DNA of 63,917 bases, counting the filler, from Perkinsus chesapeaki ATCC PRA-425 (taxonomy: Eukaryota; Protista; Perkinsozoa), in the NCBI GenBank assembly GCA_013115145.1. It is 5 parts of 5 records of this genome, joined end to end, with 100 filler letters (N's around TTAATTAATTAA, not from the genome) between each part and the next. Parts side by side here need not be neighbours in the genome. Positions count along the whole stretch, not along the records: positions 6,390 to 32,641 come from JAAPAO010000512.1; 4 more parts are not named here. One strand, given 5' to 3'. Positions 13,211-30,033 of the stretch are shown piece after piece. Made by a program: the position numbers and the translations under genes. Numbering within the stretch: the first letter of the stretch is position 1; each line of letters begins with the position of its first letter. Below the pieces are notes generated by a model. The model did not search any database and had not been told where the DNA came from. It worked only from the letters and a program-made list of their open reading frames with translations.

Positions 13211-14596
13211 TCACGCATCCCGAGCTCGCTTATTAGATCGTGAATTATGTTGATCGGCCTTCTTCTTCTTGCAGTATCTATCAAATACAACAACATGCCT
13301 TCCCCTTAGACAGTTCTGTACTTCTCCTCTAATTCCTCTATAAAATTCCCTTGCCTCTTCTGCTGGTTCTTCAGTATCCCCAACGCCAGCTGGTCGAGGG
13401 AGGGCTCTGCATTGGACCTGTCTCAAAACACTGCAACGCCAAACCCGTCACAGGCTCACTTGACTTTGCACTCCTTCGCCTCTCGCTTCAACTTGGCCGA
13501 TAGACGCTTGGCATTTTGACGAAGCTTCGGCAACGATGACTTGAACGCTGGCAAGAGATCCTGAAATGGGCAATGAGAATTCAACACAGCAAGATGAAGA
13601 AATGAATAGTACATGTCGTGTAAATGAAGACCACCATTAAGTAGTACTATGAAGGCGAAAATTCAAAGGTTAACCCTAAACGGGGAGAATGCCCGTATTG
13701 AATGGTCCCACTAGAAGGATTGGTGCCTCTCCGGCCCTGGCACTAGTCGGTTGACCGACACTACCTTAACCCGAAGAGATAACACTTGGCAACGATTGCT
13801 CACCTTGTTATCTGAACTCAGCCACTGCTCGATAAATTCAGCGAACCTATCGACATCTTGTGGTCTAGAAAGAATGATCCATTCCAACATATCAGCCACA
13901 TCTCCACTAAGTATACAAACCCTAGCAGCACTAATCTACACCCAACCAAAGCCTACTCGCGTTGCTCCACATACCGCTTAATATCCTCCTTTTCTTCATC
14001 AGAATCCCGATACTGTGCAGCAAAGGCGTCGATATCCTCAGCAGTGAGTACTGGATACAACCTGAAGCCCATGAACCACAAACCACACCAGCGCCCTACT
14101 TGCGGTAGTAAGAGTATGCCTGTCTAAACTCATCGCTCTCGTCCTCGAACACAGCCAGGTCTCCTCCGCTTTCATCATACCTACCGTTTCGATGCTCACC
14201 TATCCGGACGCCAAAAAGCCGTACCGTTTCCGTTGCTCTTCATCACTGAGGATGCTATATGCTCTTTGAAGCTTAACAAAGCTGTTGTGGGCTTCGGCAT
14301 CATCTGGGTTCTTATCAGGATGAACCTAGCTACACTGTGACACCTTCACCAGCCTCAACATCAACCTGACCTGCCTAGCACGCAACAGATACCCCTTCCT
14401 TATCTCACTCGTGCTCGCATCACGCTCAACACCTAATAACCGATACCTGAAGAGCAACAAAAGTGGGAAGGACAACTATATTGAGGAAGCAAATGAGCGT
14501 TGCAGCAGAACTCCCCACGCACTTTGGAACTCACAATAGAAAAGAATCTCCCTCTTCTTCTACCACCTGACCACCACTCACTCCATTAGACGACAT
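13211..14596 (-). CDS. DNAJC9: DnaJ/Hsp40 co-chaperone, DNAJC9-like, multi-exon
   Basis: J-domain YRLLGVERDAS...HPDKNPDD...LSDEEQRKRY; later AEDIDAFAAQYRDSDEEKEDI, MLEWIILSRPQDVDRF, NFIEELEEKY. Confidence 0.85.
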
Positions 14597-14842
14597 AACA
14601 ACTACATACCACCCAGTGAATTAACTCATATCACTAAACTAAATCCCGGCCAATATCGAGGCCTAGTATAAGCGAAAAAATACAGGCATAGTGTCAGGAT
14701 ATACACACCACGAGGAGGAGGAGGAGCAAGTAGATACTGAAACCGAATACAGTGGTCTAGGTGCACTGCCCTTACCACCACACAATCGCTGGAGGCATTC
14801 ATTGGCGGACACCTTTACAAAAGAAATCTATAGGGGGACCAT

Positions 14843-15217
14843 CTACTTCTTGTGCGTGTGGAAGTGGTCGCTGTAGTACCTAAAGTACAAAAAAGTAGGT
14901 AAGTGCAAAAGGGTTTCCTAGATGGCTGACATGTTATTGATTTTGCTTTGTCTATCAAGGATCTCGAAGTTTTTCTCCTGCTCCTTGAGGAACTCAGCTT
15001 CCTGTGCTGCACGTGCCGCCTCGTCTAGGGCCGCGAAACGGTCGAAATCCGAGTTGGTCTGAAAGGCGGTATCTTGCACTACAAAACGAGAAACACTTAC
15101 AATGCGCTCGAAGTACTGCTTGAAATTAGGGTCACTAAATCTAGAAGCTGCCCCTATGCATCTTGTGAACATCATCTTCACAGCAGGCGACAAGGCATCC
15201 AACTTCGTGGGCAGCAT
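14843..15217 (-). CDS. LYRM4: LYR-family protein, ISD11/LYRM4-like (mitochondrial Fe-S assembly)
   Basis: ASRFSDPNFKQYFERI and NFEILDRQSKINNMY match the ISD11 pattern (F..YNF..Y / L..L.RQ..I..MY). Confidence 0.65.
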
Positions 15218-15438
15218 TTCACTTAGTAGGTACAATAAAATAACTGAACTTATCCACCAGCATTACCAACTTCAATAAGTCTAGGGAACCCCCAATACTG
15301 CCAGACTAGACTCCTAAGCTTTATAAACCCAGTCTAACCTGCCAAAAGCGGTTATGCATTTTTGGATGTAAATAGCGCGCGCCCTGTTAATCGATTTCAT
15401 TTTCCAAGTGACTAGCAAGTCCCACTGTCTGAAGCAGC

Positions 15439-16564
15439 ATGTCGGTGAAATACGCTTTGTTTGATTTGGACGGCACTTTAACCGTTCCACGAGGGGCAGC
15501 TACATCTGAGATGTTAGAGCTCATACAAAAGCTCAGGACCGTTGCTAAAGGTAACCATGGGACAGGAAAAGATACTTGAAACGAGAAAGATACCAATAAG
15601 GTTGATAGCGTTACCAATGGCGTATTACAACAACTAGCTGTGTTAGTATTAATAAAGAATGATAAGCCACATGTCTCATGTCAGTCGGTGTTGTATCCGG
15701 GTCTGACCTCCCTAAACTCAACGAGCAGTTCACCGCTGACTGTCGAGATTGTGTTGACTATACCTTTCCCGAAAATGGCATTGTTGCCTATCAAGGAAGA
15801 GAACTGGTAATAACCACCGCAGCAACTGCCCGCCTATTTCAGCGCCTTTTCAGATTGGCTCCAATAGTTTTGCCAAGTTCCTTGGGGAAGACAAACTGCA
15901 GGAGATGATCAACTTCGTTTTAAGATATTTTTCGGAGATAACTCTCCCTGTTAAACGCGGCACTTTCGTCGAGTAAGCTCTCCTCATTGCGCCGAACAAT
16001 GCCTCTTCCCAGGTACCGTATGGGCATGCTCAACTTCTCGCCAATAGGAAGACAATGCTCCCAGGAAGAACGAATCCAGTTTAATGAGTACCCCGTAAAC
16101 TGCATTCGCAACCGAATAAATATCTTCCACAGATTCGACAAAGAGCATCATATACGTGAAAAGTTCGTCGAGGAAATGACCAAAAGGTTCAGCAAGTAAC
16201 CACCTCCTAGGGCAGCATCGTCATCATCATTGCCTTCAGATATGGTGTCCAATTTGCGATTGGCGGGCAGATCTCCGTTGATTGCTTCCCCAAGGGCTGG
16301 GACAAAACCTTCGTTTTACGATATCTTCCGGGGGATGCTGAAGTAGGGCAGATGCTTCAGTGCCTTCGGAGGATTGCACTTATTCCTAGATTCATTTTTT
16401 TGGAGACAAGACCACGCCGGGTGGGAATGACTATGAGATTTATGAGCATCCACGTAGTCGTCCGTCACTGCGCCACAAAATTGTCTGGCACAGGTACCAT
16501 AGGCCACTCTGTGAAGGACCCGGTAGATGCCATGAAGCAGATAAAGGAAACTTTTGGCATCTAA
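15439..16564 (+). CDS. PMM: Phosphomannomutase (HAD family), multi-exon
   Basis: [72 protein letters not shown]. Confidence 0.95.
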
Positions 16565-16700
16565 ACTGCTCCCTAGTATCAATCACCATCCTTAGCCTTG
16601 AGTTAACAATAACAATATTCGGTATTAACTGAAAGCTTATCGGTATAAGGGGACAAACTACAGGTACTGAGTAACAGTAATAAGAGTAATGACGTTGAGC

Positions 16701-18930
16701 TCATGCTGCTGCCTCCTCTGTGATGTCTTCATTACGCTTTCTTTTGGGAGACCAATTCGAGAACGGACGACAACAGCAAGAAGGATCGCTGCATTCCTGT
16801 GTGGTCTTCAGACAACGTACGCCAATTTCCTTAAACACTTTACGGGGGCCTTCAGGGAAATCAACCATGCTAAAACCGAGCTCACCAACTTCACCAAGAT
16901 ACACGCTTGGTCCAACCTTGCCTGAGGTACCATCCCTTTCAAACAAGTCCAAGGGAAAATCGGTATTACCATCATCCCTATCGTATCCGACAAGGAAATC
17001 GAAACGGTTGGCCGGACTGCCGTAAACGCTTTCGGTGTCCATCCACTTGTAAAACTCGTCTATTATATGGAAGCATGTTTTCTCCACATCCTGGAGTCGG
17101 CCAACGCCACCACGGAACCATTTCTTGGCTGCATCGGCCACCTTGGTTTCATGCTCAAAGTCAATGAACAAGCCAGCTGAGTTCACCGCACGGAACCTTC
17201 ACAAGAGTAGCTTCCATCATCATCAGCGGCGGCGGCACTGATGACCGTACCTTGTGTAGAGGATCCTTTCCACCTTGTCATTAACAACGAACATTCGAAG
17301 CTCCAAATCGACCGGTACACGCTGCTGGACGAAAACAGAGTCCACCTTGCAGCCCTTCTGCTCGAACAAGTCCAACATTTGATAGGAAAGCTCGCCGATG
17401 TTATCACACGTTCTGAAGAGGACGAGGCTCCGGCTGTAGCAGACTCAGGCATCGGATACCCTACCTCACGTCAGCAGCCTCCCAAGAGTATCCAAGCTTG
17501 GCGATTGCACCTCGGGGAAGAGGGTTGGCCTTCTGGGAACCACCACTAGTGAGGCTGCACAATGCCGATAGCCTCTCCCAAGTTAACTGAGTAAGTCGCA
17601 TAGCAAAACGCTGAGGTTTCCAACCTACCCTGGCAGCGCTGTCGGGTGAAGCTACAACGTGACCACGAGAAACGCGCGTCGTCGGCGGCATGTGGAGCTC
17701 GGGTATGGTACAAAGATGGGCGTAGAAAGTCTTGGAAATGATAGTGTCCAATCTAATAAGGTGATTCACGGCAGCTCGGCGCCAGCGTCTCTTACAGATG
17801 GCTGGGATGGGGGAACATAGTGGGAACTCCCATGGCCTCGACTCCGACCATCAGCTCGAAGAAGGCATCTTTGTCTATGTAACCACCAGCATCGGTGATA
17901 TTATCCTCGAAGGCCGTTGGCCATAAGAAATACCTGCAATATGGATTTGGCAATGAAAAGGCTGACATAGCATTTACATAGAAGCCTTGTGGCGGCCGGT
18001 CAGCATCTGCCTTATAGCCAAAGGACTTATCTTCCTCAGATCATCAGCATTAGTAACGAAGGCACTGAGCACCTGGGCAACATTTCGTCATAACAATCTC
18101 CCCAGTAGTATCGTCGTCCACTGCCACTAGTTAATCTACTATCTTGAATCTTTTCTGGGACCAATAAAAGCTTAGGTCGATGATCAATACTCTCCTACGT
18201 CAGACTTTATAGCACTTTACGGGCTCCAAAGGGTAGATAATTCTTCACAGAACGACAAAGTGACTCACTTCATAATCGTTCTTGGCGACCTTCCTTATGC
18301 CCTTTTGCATCATATGGCATATATAAGTATCAGATACGTTGGAGCCAGCCTCACCCCAACTCTGCCAGTCGTAGTCGTTAACTGTACCAAAGTTCGGGTT
18401 ACCCCATCGAACCTGAGTGAATGCGACGCCAATCTACGAACGAGCAACAGTTCCATAGTGACTTCGCACCACAAAGAGGGACAGGCTGGGCTTCGGGGGC
18501 TCGGTGAGACGGACATCAGCCGGATAATAGGCCTGCTCGATGTTCCTGGTGTCAGTGGTATTAAGCACGTCTTGCTCTCTATCAAACCAAATACGGTGCT
18601 CGTATCGTACCTAAGCAATAGGAACCCTACAAATGATATAGGTAGCTATATAAGTACCTTGACATAAGTATCATGCTTCGCAGGATTGAACTCTGACTCC
18701 TTGAAATCCTTAATAACCACAGCCGGCTGCCACCGATCGCTCCACCCTATCTGTGGCCTATTGTAGCCTTGGACATGCGTGTCAACGGCAAACCAGGCTG
18801 GGTCATGGGGGCTCTTTTGCATCTGGTAGAAGACCCAGACCTTAGTGCCAGCCTTGAGGTCACCGATGCTGCTGTTGGACTTGGCAGCGTGATGGTGATT
18901 ATGCTTCCCAGCTAATGCGCCAGAACTCAT
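16701..18930 (-). CDS. Multi-exon hypothetical protein; possible ATP-grasp-like C-terminal region
   Basis: Long 161-aa last ORF plus exons MSSGALAGKHNHHH..., VPTMFPHPSHL, AIAKLGYSWEAADVR; fold assignment is inference only. Confidence 0.55.
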
Positions 18931-19211
18931 TATATGAATACAACTGCTAACAGGAATGCCTCACTCCCTCAACCGCAGCAGCTCCAACCATCCGTAAACC
19001 TCACAGCTGATCAAGAGAGACCTTTACGCGGTCACCAACAGAAACGCAATCGAAGGCTTGGAAAAATAACAAGAACTATTCAAGATGTAAAGCAATGGTC
19101 ATCCCAGCCAGTGCGTCAAAAACATGCTCATTCCGCCCCCGAGATGGCTCCAGTCTGCTGCCTCATCTCAATGGCATGAAGTCGGAGCTCTCTTTGGTCA
19201 CCTAAACGAGC

Positions 19212-20044
19212 CTACACTACTGGTCTAGGTGAGCAAGCAGTACCACTAGCGGTGGCGAGGTCTCCATTAGTAGCAATAGGCGGTCGACTGTCGGGTATGC
19301 CACCGTGAGGGAGGTAACTCATAAGACGGCCAAGAACACCATCATTGCCAGTACCACCGCTCACAGTACGGCCGTGACCTGGCACCCGCGTAGGGCTACC
19401 AGCTAGCATACTAGCTTACCAGAAAACAACTGCTGACTTGGAGGCTGCGCTGGCAGAAGAGGTTGCCCTGAGGACCCTGCTCCAGCGCTGGTGGCGGCAT
19501 CACCCTCATCATCATCAGGTATACAACATGCACACCATGAACCCCACCATGCGAGCCTATTTATCCATGACGGCAGAGGCCGCCCAAGAACCTTAGAAAT
19601 AGGAACTGCGAGAAATTACAGTGCAGAACCTACTGCCCGGCAAAGCGCATCCGAAAAATGATTGCAGTTCCTCTTGACTATATTGTACGTGTCGCCTCGG
19701 AACTCATCACGTAGCCTATCGAGGGCGGAATCGATCTGCCTCATCGTCAGAGATGTTCGCCTGACCAAATTATACACATTAACACCCAATCAGCAGATAC
19801 CCCATATCGATAGCTATTTTAAATCGAGCCTCTGGGGCCTCTCCAGGCTGACAGTCGTATACACCTATAAAATAGCAACCAATAATCCCTCGCCGGCGTC
19901 GCTTCTACCTTCGCCTTTTGCGAAGGAGTATTCTCTGCCCATTATCTCAACCCCAGTGTGGTGTGCCCCACAGCAGGGAAAGAATACATTAGATTCAGCC
20001 AGGTCATACACATTCACCGTTACTTGCAAAAGAGGCCTTCTCAT
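19212..20044 (-). CDS. DESI2: PPPDE/DeSI-family deSUMOylating/deubiquitinating isopeptidase, multi-exon
   Basis: VTVNVYDL...GAHHTGVEIMGREYSFA (catalytic His) and YNIVKRNCNHFSDALC (NCN catalytic Cys). Confidence 0.88.
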
Positions 20045-20073
20045 GTATCAACTACTTGCATGAAGCTAAGATA

Positions 20074-23624
<3,551 letters not shown>

Positions 23625-23857
23625 GCCGGAGAAGAAGGACTAGGAAAGCCGATCAAAATGTGATAAACGTGGCGTGCGCGTTCCTCGCCACAATTCTGCT
23701 AAATTTTACATATTCGAAAAATGTAGCGCTCGCCCGAACTGCGCAACTCGATTGTCAAGTTGGAAATTTGAAGCCTTCCTTGACATGCAACCTCTCTGGT
23801 ACCTTGGATAGTCCCCAGACACTCGACACTTGAAGTAAAAGCGCACACGACGTCATA

Positions 23858-26800
23858 TTAGAGCAGCATAATGTTGCCATTGATGGACAGCATCCCTTCA
23901 GAGGAAATCTCGAGGTCATATTGTGCAGCGACAATCGGGCTGTCTTCACAGCAGTGCCTCATATCCACAAATAAACAGCTCTTTGGCTGATTGTGAACCT
24001 GGAGGGAGCAGCTCTTAGTCAAAATACGATTCTAGGGACGCCCACCAGGCGTTGGAGCATCTCTTCAACTCCCCTCAGTCCTATCGCATCATTATCTGCG
24101 ATATAGACGGTCCTCAGTGCGTCAGATTCCACCAGACGATCAACTAATTGAACGAAACCTGAATAAGAAGGATTACTAAATCTAAATGGTTGGGCCTGGC
24201 GGCTCCCACCGTAGTTGAACTGCAGGCTGGCTCTCGACATGCCAAGTATCGTCAGCTCTCTCAAATGGCATAGAGCGTCTGCGAATTCTACCAGACCTGA
24301 GCGGGCTTGTCAGGCGCATGTCTTTCGGACTAAGCTGCGTACTATCTTCCAAGACATTGGAGCCGATGAAGAGTTCCTCAAGTAGCAAGCACCTCCGTAA
24401 AGACTTGAACAACGCTTTACATCCGGTTGGTGTGAGAAAGTTATCCTCGAGGTTCAGTATGTGAAGATTCTTCAAATTATTCTGAGAGGAAGACTGCCCC
24501 GATATATGAGTGCTGTGGGGGTTCGAACCCACGCGGACCATGTCCAGTGGATCTTAAGTCCACCCCCTTAACCACTCGGGCAAACACTCACGTTAATAAC
24601 TAGTATTGTTTCATGTAGCATGTACTACACTCTTACATTGCCAATAGCATCAGCTAGTGAGGCTACTCCAACGTCTGAAAGACCAGCCTTCCAGAGGTTC
24701 AGTTCAATTATCGGGCATGTGCCGAGTCTTGAAGAAGAACACAACGCGATTATCGGCGTGTCCCCGATGTCCTGGCATGAGATACAGACATCATTGAACA
24801 TCAGCATCTGCCCTCACATTCCCACTCCATCGCAATCGAATACATTCTGATTGCCTATGGTGGAGGTTGGTCGACTCTTGTACTGCCGATTGTATCCACT
24901 GAGGGTTCGTACCTGTAACAGGCAACTTGTTACATAACATGGATCAGTTAAGGGTTGCCTTCTCGAGGTGGCACTTTATTCAAACTGATTGAATCATCAC
25001 TGCCGTTCAGATTGGGTATATAGCCTTCCTCATCTGGACTGTCGGGGTATGTCTCATCAGTCCACGTTTCCAATCCATCCCATCGCAACCGAGACACTAA
25101 TAGAATGCGACAAAGATACGCTCTTCAACGAGGTGTTCAACTTACCGTTGTCATAATGGGGCAGCATTTTTACGCTATTAGGGATATTGTACAGCATATC
25201 AACCACATCATGCTGGAAGTTGTCAGACCGAACTAAATCGTCTAACAGTCTTCCTAGTTCCCCTCCCCTCAAACGCTTTGCTCTTATACGAATGGTGCAT
25301 TGGCAAGCCTGTGCTGACCTAAAACAAGAGATCATCAATGAAAGCGGAATGTCCATATTCCTCTCACTTTCGCCGATCATTTCCCATGTCTTCTAAACCT
25401 TCTATCCAAACCTTCGCCGACATCACTTCCTCCTCCGGTAACTTAGCGAGTACTAAACGTCTAAGCCCTCCCACCTGAATAGAATGCTTCGCAGTGTCTT
25501 CAGCCTTCAGCCACGGACTACCACATTCAGGCCTAATGTGCTGTCAGTGGCCATCCCGTTGAAGTCAATGCCGTATAATACGAACCGGCACAAAGCCGAC
25601 GGAAGAGGAACTCTCGGTCGCATCAGCTGCATTTCCTTTGTCCAGCGATTAATATAGTATATATTTCCCCATACGGGGTCTTTGGCCTCTACCCAATCAG
25701 TTACTTTGTTGCCTTCGCATCGTTCAGATAGCCATGACCCTAACATTGAATAAGATGTGAGGCCAGTGACGATTTTTCTGCTGCCGACCTTACTCCAGTC
25801 AACGCTGGTAGCTGTGGTCGAGGTAGACCAGGTTGAACCGGTGCTACGGGTTGACGTGCTATCGGACGAAACCGAGGAAGCCGTGAAGGCGCTCCTAGGT
25901 ATGCGCTCGGGAGGCCCATCGTATGGTCTTCTAGTCTGCTTGCCTCGTAAAGGACTAGACGGCTCATCTGTACTCTTTACAACTGCACTCCCGGGTGACT
26001 GGACAAACTATGGACATTATATACTTCAAACGTAACTACTAGTTCCCTCGGCTCCTCGTGTCTGAGAAATAGGGGACGGCCTTGCGGTGTAAGAAGCATG
26101 GTCCATCCGGTCAACTCCTCTCCCACCGACGGTGCCTTCTAAAGGTGAACCATAGTACTTCTAGCAGGAGTGCGAGTTGAATGACCTTAGAGGGTTTAGT
26201 GCCAGGCAGAGATCTTGCTTGCCTTTGTGCAACAACTATTCGAACCCTCGTCCCGTCTATGTGTGTTACCCGTACTATGTCACCGTGGTTCAGCTTGCCA
26301 ACAACTGGGCTTAACAAACTGGACTCCTGACAATGAGTCTTCCAGGTTTCTACATTTGCTCCATGTACTGACCTTCCGCACCAACACCGAATCATGACAC
26401 TCATATGGTGGAATGTCGAGGGTTTTCTCTATGTCCCGGTTCCAGCCTATACTCCCAACAGGTGTTGTCACACGAAATAACGAGCGATTCTCATCTGACA
26501 GACTTGAAGCGTAAATCATTCAGCGACTTGGCGAGTTTACTTTCTGTGTTCGACGACCGTTCAAGGATATGTGGCAAGGGATCGAGGAAAGGATCTCCTG
26601 GTGCAAGAAGAATCCATCCGTGCTGGCAAGGCTCGTATCTGATCTTTAGCCCTTTATTTTCATTGAAAGGAAAAGGCAAACCTCAGAGGATCTACGACGG
26701 TTTCGAGAACGGTCTCGGTGATAACTACAGGGTGCATCACCTTGCGAAGCTGGGCATCTTCGAGTCTGCAAGGCTTCACATCATCTGGTGGGATGAGGAC

Positions 26801-28700
26801 CTGTAGTGGGTTCTGCTAATACTTTTTACGATGAGATAGTTCTACTCTAACCCAGAGCCCACTGGCCATATGTACGAACGCTTCGGCCACAACAAGCTCA
26901 TTCGGCTCAATACTCCTCAAGCGAGCACTATCAGGCTCTGGATTCGAGAATAGAGTACCCTTTAGACCCGTTGGTGAGCAGAAAGCGCACAGTTTCCATA
27001 TGTTGTGGTGGAGCAGTTCATGTAGGCTGAATTGTGCCTGAAAGTCAACTCTTCGTTCGATCTGGTAGGTCCCCCCCCAGTAGGCTGACCTGATTAACCC
27101 ACTGGTTACGAAAGTACACTCGATGCCATAGAGCATCGACACATTGCCTCCAGTCCGCGCCTACTGTCTGTGACCTCAGTAGGCGGAGTAGATCAATGTA
27201 CGATACGGGCTCTCGCAAGGACTTATCTAGTCAGAATGCGATGGGTAAGATGGATTAACACATCCCGTTACGCTGCGGAGACTTTCGACTTTGGCCATCT
27301 GGAGGAGTGCCATCCAAGATCATCAACCTTGTAGGTACTTCTGCAGGATCACCGGCTTGTGCTGCGATGGCCTAAGTGCAAAAGTGGTTTGAGCATTCCT
27401 CGGGTTGATCTCACCAGAAGGCCTTTCTCTCGTGCGATATCGTGCTCATCAACCAGCTTCACGACCCGTCGAACATTGAACACTGACCATTTGTCAACAA
27501 GTTGGAGCCATGCCTCATGTGATGCTAGTCTAGCATTGGCTCCAACGATTGCTGAGAGACCATACTCTTGCCCTGGATACACATACCCCTCAACTGATGA
27601 CGCGAGATTGACGTCGCTATGAACTGTCTAAATGACCGAGGAACAATCTACCGAACCCAGTGATGATTCTTACCAATCTGCTCTTGGGTTTTATAAGACA
27701 TCCTTCGTCGCATATCAAACGAGTGTACTCTTCATACAATGGAGGTTGACCCAAAGGCTGAATCTGAATTCGCCTATTCTCTATACCTTTTCTACGACAG
27801 ACAGCCCGAATTACCAGTAGTCGGCCATCCAGCGTCTGCGTGGCTATCCAGCCAAGTCTGGTGACACCCTCGTTGTCTATGTAGAGGATTCGAACTACCC
27901 TATTTGCAGCTGATGGCTCACAAACCACCAAGAGATCTCCTGTCCGCAGCTGTATCCTGTTACCACACTTTACACTACTCCAGGATGGACTGTTCCTACC
28001 CTACTTCTGATCCACTAAGTTGACTATCGCTGCAGATTTCTATGCACCAGTAAGGGTCCTTTCGACACTCTACTGCGTCTTGCGGTGTCACGTAATGAAT
28101 GGACCATGACCGCGCCACTAAAAGATCATGAAGCCCTCCGCCTTGAAGAAGGGATGTTAAATCCCACAAAGCCTGCAGAGCACCGATGTAAGAAGATTGA
28201 GCAGGATGATGATCTTAGCGGTTAAGCCCACCTCGAGTGTCTTAGGCATATAGAAGTAGTGGCGATCTTCAGGATTTTGCCCTGGCACTCGGGAGACATC
28301 CGTGACCTTCCGCCAGCCGCATAAACGTTGGTCGGCAAAGTCGGCCTCCTCCACGAAGATTGTATAATATCTTCCAGCATGCTTTTAGGAGAACAGAATT
28401 AGTAGTCTTTTGGCTTACTCATCAGGAGACCTTGGTAGAGGGATGCTACTCGATGCAGTATCCCTACTGTTCCCTCCCGCTGTTGGTGGAGGTATTTCTA
28501 TTTCGAGCTCTGGTCTCAAGCGCCGCATACTTGGATCCAGCGGGATAACTTGTTGCCTTCCTTGAGATTCGGTAAGGGAGCAGGACATTGACGGAAACCG
28601 CGAACTGATGATTCACTGATGATAAATTGAGGACCCTCGGCGGCGGTTGACGTGTAATCTTATCTACACGAGTATATTGAGTTATCGCCACTGACTCTTG
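23858..28700 (-). CDS. Multi-exon protein with several SH3-like segments, a WW-like domain and C-terminal RNI-type LRRs; 5' end uncertain
   Basis: VGKLNHGDIVRVTHIDGTRVRI, RLGWIATQT, DWVEAKDPVWGNIYYINRWTKEMQLMRP, LNLWKAGLSDVGVASLADAI, LNLEDNFLTPTGCKALFKSL. Confidence 0.7.
24507..24589 (-). tRNA. tRNA-Leu-TAA: tRNA-Leu(UAA), class II, inside intron 24482-24636 of the LRR gene
   Basis: GAGTGTT TG CCC GAGTGGTTAA GGG G GTGGA CTTAAGA TCCAC TGGACATGGTCCG C GTGGG TTCGAAC C-CCCAC AGCACTC A: acceptor, D, anticodon and variable arms pair; A73; one extra C in the T arm. Confidence 0.85.
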
Positions 28701-28729
28701 GATCTCGCTGGACCCCGCTACAAGGCATC

Positions 28730-28960
28730 CTCGTCAATTACGTAATTATTTAGCTGGGTGAGGGCGGTGATCCAAGGCTGGGCAGTATTCATCGTTGGCC
28801 GCCCACGGGACACTAGAGTCTTTTTCAGCTGGTTTTTCATTTGACGCTGATACGTTCAATATGGTATTTCACTCTGGTACTTCCCGCAGAGGGACACCAT
28901 GCTCTTGGAACTGAGGCTTCCATCTTCGACAGGCTTGACGCAGAGGGAAGCCCATCGATA
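28730..28960. repeat. Degenerate dispersed repeat, copy 1 (related copy ~30980-31250)
   Basis: Shared blocks TCAATTAYGYAMTTATTTAGCYGGGTGAGGGYGGT and GCAGAGGGAAGCCYATCGAT in the same order. Confidence 0.55.
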
Positions 28961-29616
28961 GCCGCATTGGATCTAGCCGCAAATATCTTGCCGCATTGGA
29001 TCAGAAGTCACTTACACTATATTAGCAACGAACTAGCTTCACCGGTAATTAACGACAACCAAAAGCGGCCCTCAAGAAACAGGTTACCTATTGTAGCTGG
29101 GGTATTGCCTGTGACTCTAAAACTCGCCCTGGCGAGTGATACATGATAACGAGGTTGCCCGACTCGAAGATGGGCATCCGCGGGCCAGAAAGGGCCAAAG
29201 CACTGAGTACTTTGGGAGACCCAGAGTTAAGACCCTGGGGACCTGGCTCTCTATAGGGCTACATACCAGAGGCCTAAGGCCTAGGCATGCAAATACAGAT
29301 AAGAAAATACAGACATGCGTGCTGGACTAGGTTGGGCCACCAGAGTAGAGCCGCTCCCAGGCATAACTTACTGGCAATAATTGTCCATGCAGGGAGGCTG
29401 GATGAGAAGTCTACCGAGTCATCATCATACTACCAGGTACCATGGTTCGGAGACCTCAGTTAAGCTCAAGACCCTGGGATACTCAGCACTAATTTAGCAC
29501 GTTCATATAATTGTACTAGAAAATAGACATTCGCATCAGGACGTCAAAAGTCCAGCTAGCGCGATGGCATACTGATCATGTTCAGTGAAAGCCGGCAAAG
29601 TTACTGCAGTTCTCCC

Positions 29617-30033
29617 CTAAGGCACTCGTTTGAGCTTGAGAGGAGGCACCCCCTTTGACCCACTGAAAACATAGTAATCAGCTTCAGCCCAGTCATCAGT
29701 GAAAATCACTATTGTCATTGCTATCACATAAGGTTCATCGAGGCGCTGCAAGAAGGGGGGCATCACCTTATCATAATCATTCTGATCCCATTTCAAGTCA
29801 TATCGACCCTTATGATATTTGTTCTTCGTCGCCTTGACATTAAAAGTATGCTTGTCCTTGGAGTCTTCCAGATATACGACCATAGTTTGAGGTTTACTCT
29901 CATCATAAGTAATTTCTACAGTAAGAGCCGAAGCCTTTGTAGTATAGACACCTTTGAACGTGTGTTTCTGGGCGTAGCCAGGGATAACGAGCACAAAGAT
30001 AACCAATAAGTGCAGCTGAAGTAGTTTTGCCAT
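29617..30033 (-). CDS. Small secreted protein, 138 aa, intronless
   Basis: Signal peptide MAKLLQLHLLVIFVLVIPGYA then a beta-rich-looking mature region; no family recognised. Confidence 0.75.
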   Translation of the reverse strand: MAKLLQLHLLVIFVLVIPGYAQKHTFKGVYTTKASALTVEITYDESKPQTMVVYLEDSKDKHTFNVKATKNKYHKGRYDLKWDQNDYDKVMPPFLQRLDEPYVIAMTIVIFTDDWAEADYYVFSGSKGVPPLKLKRVP

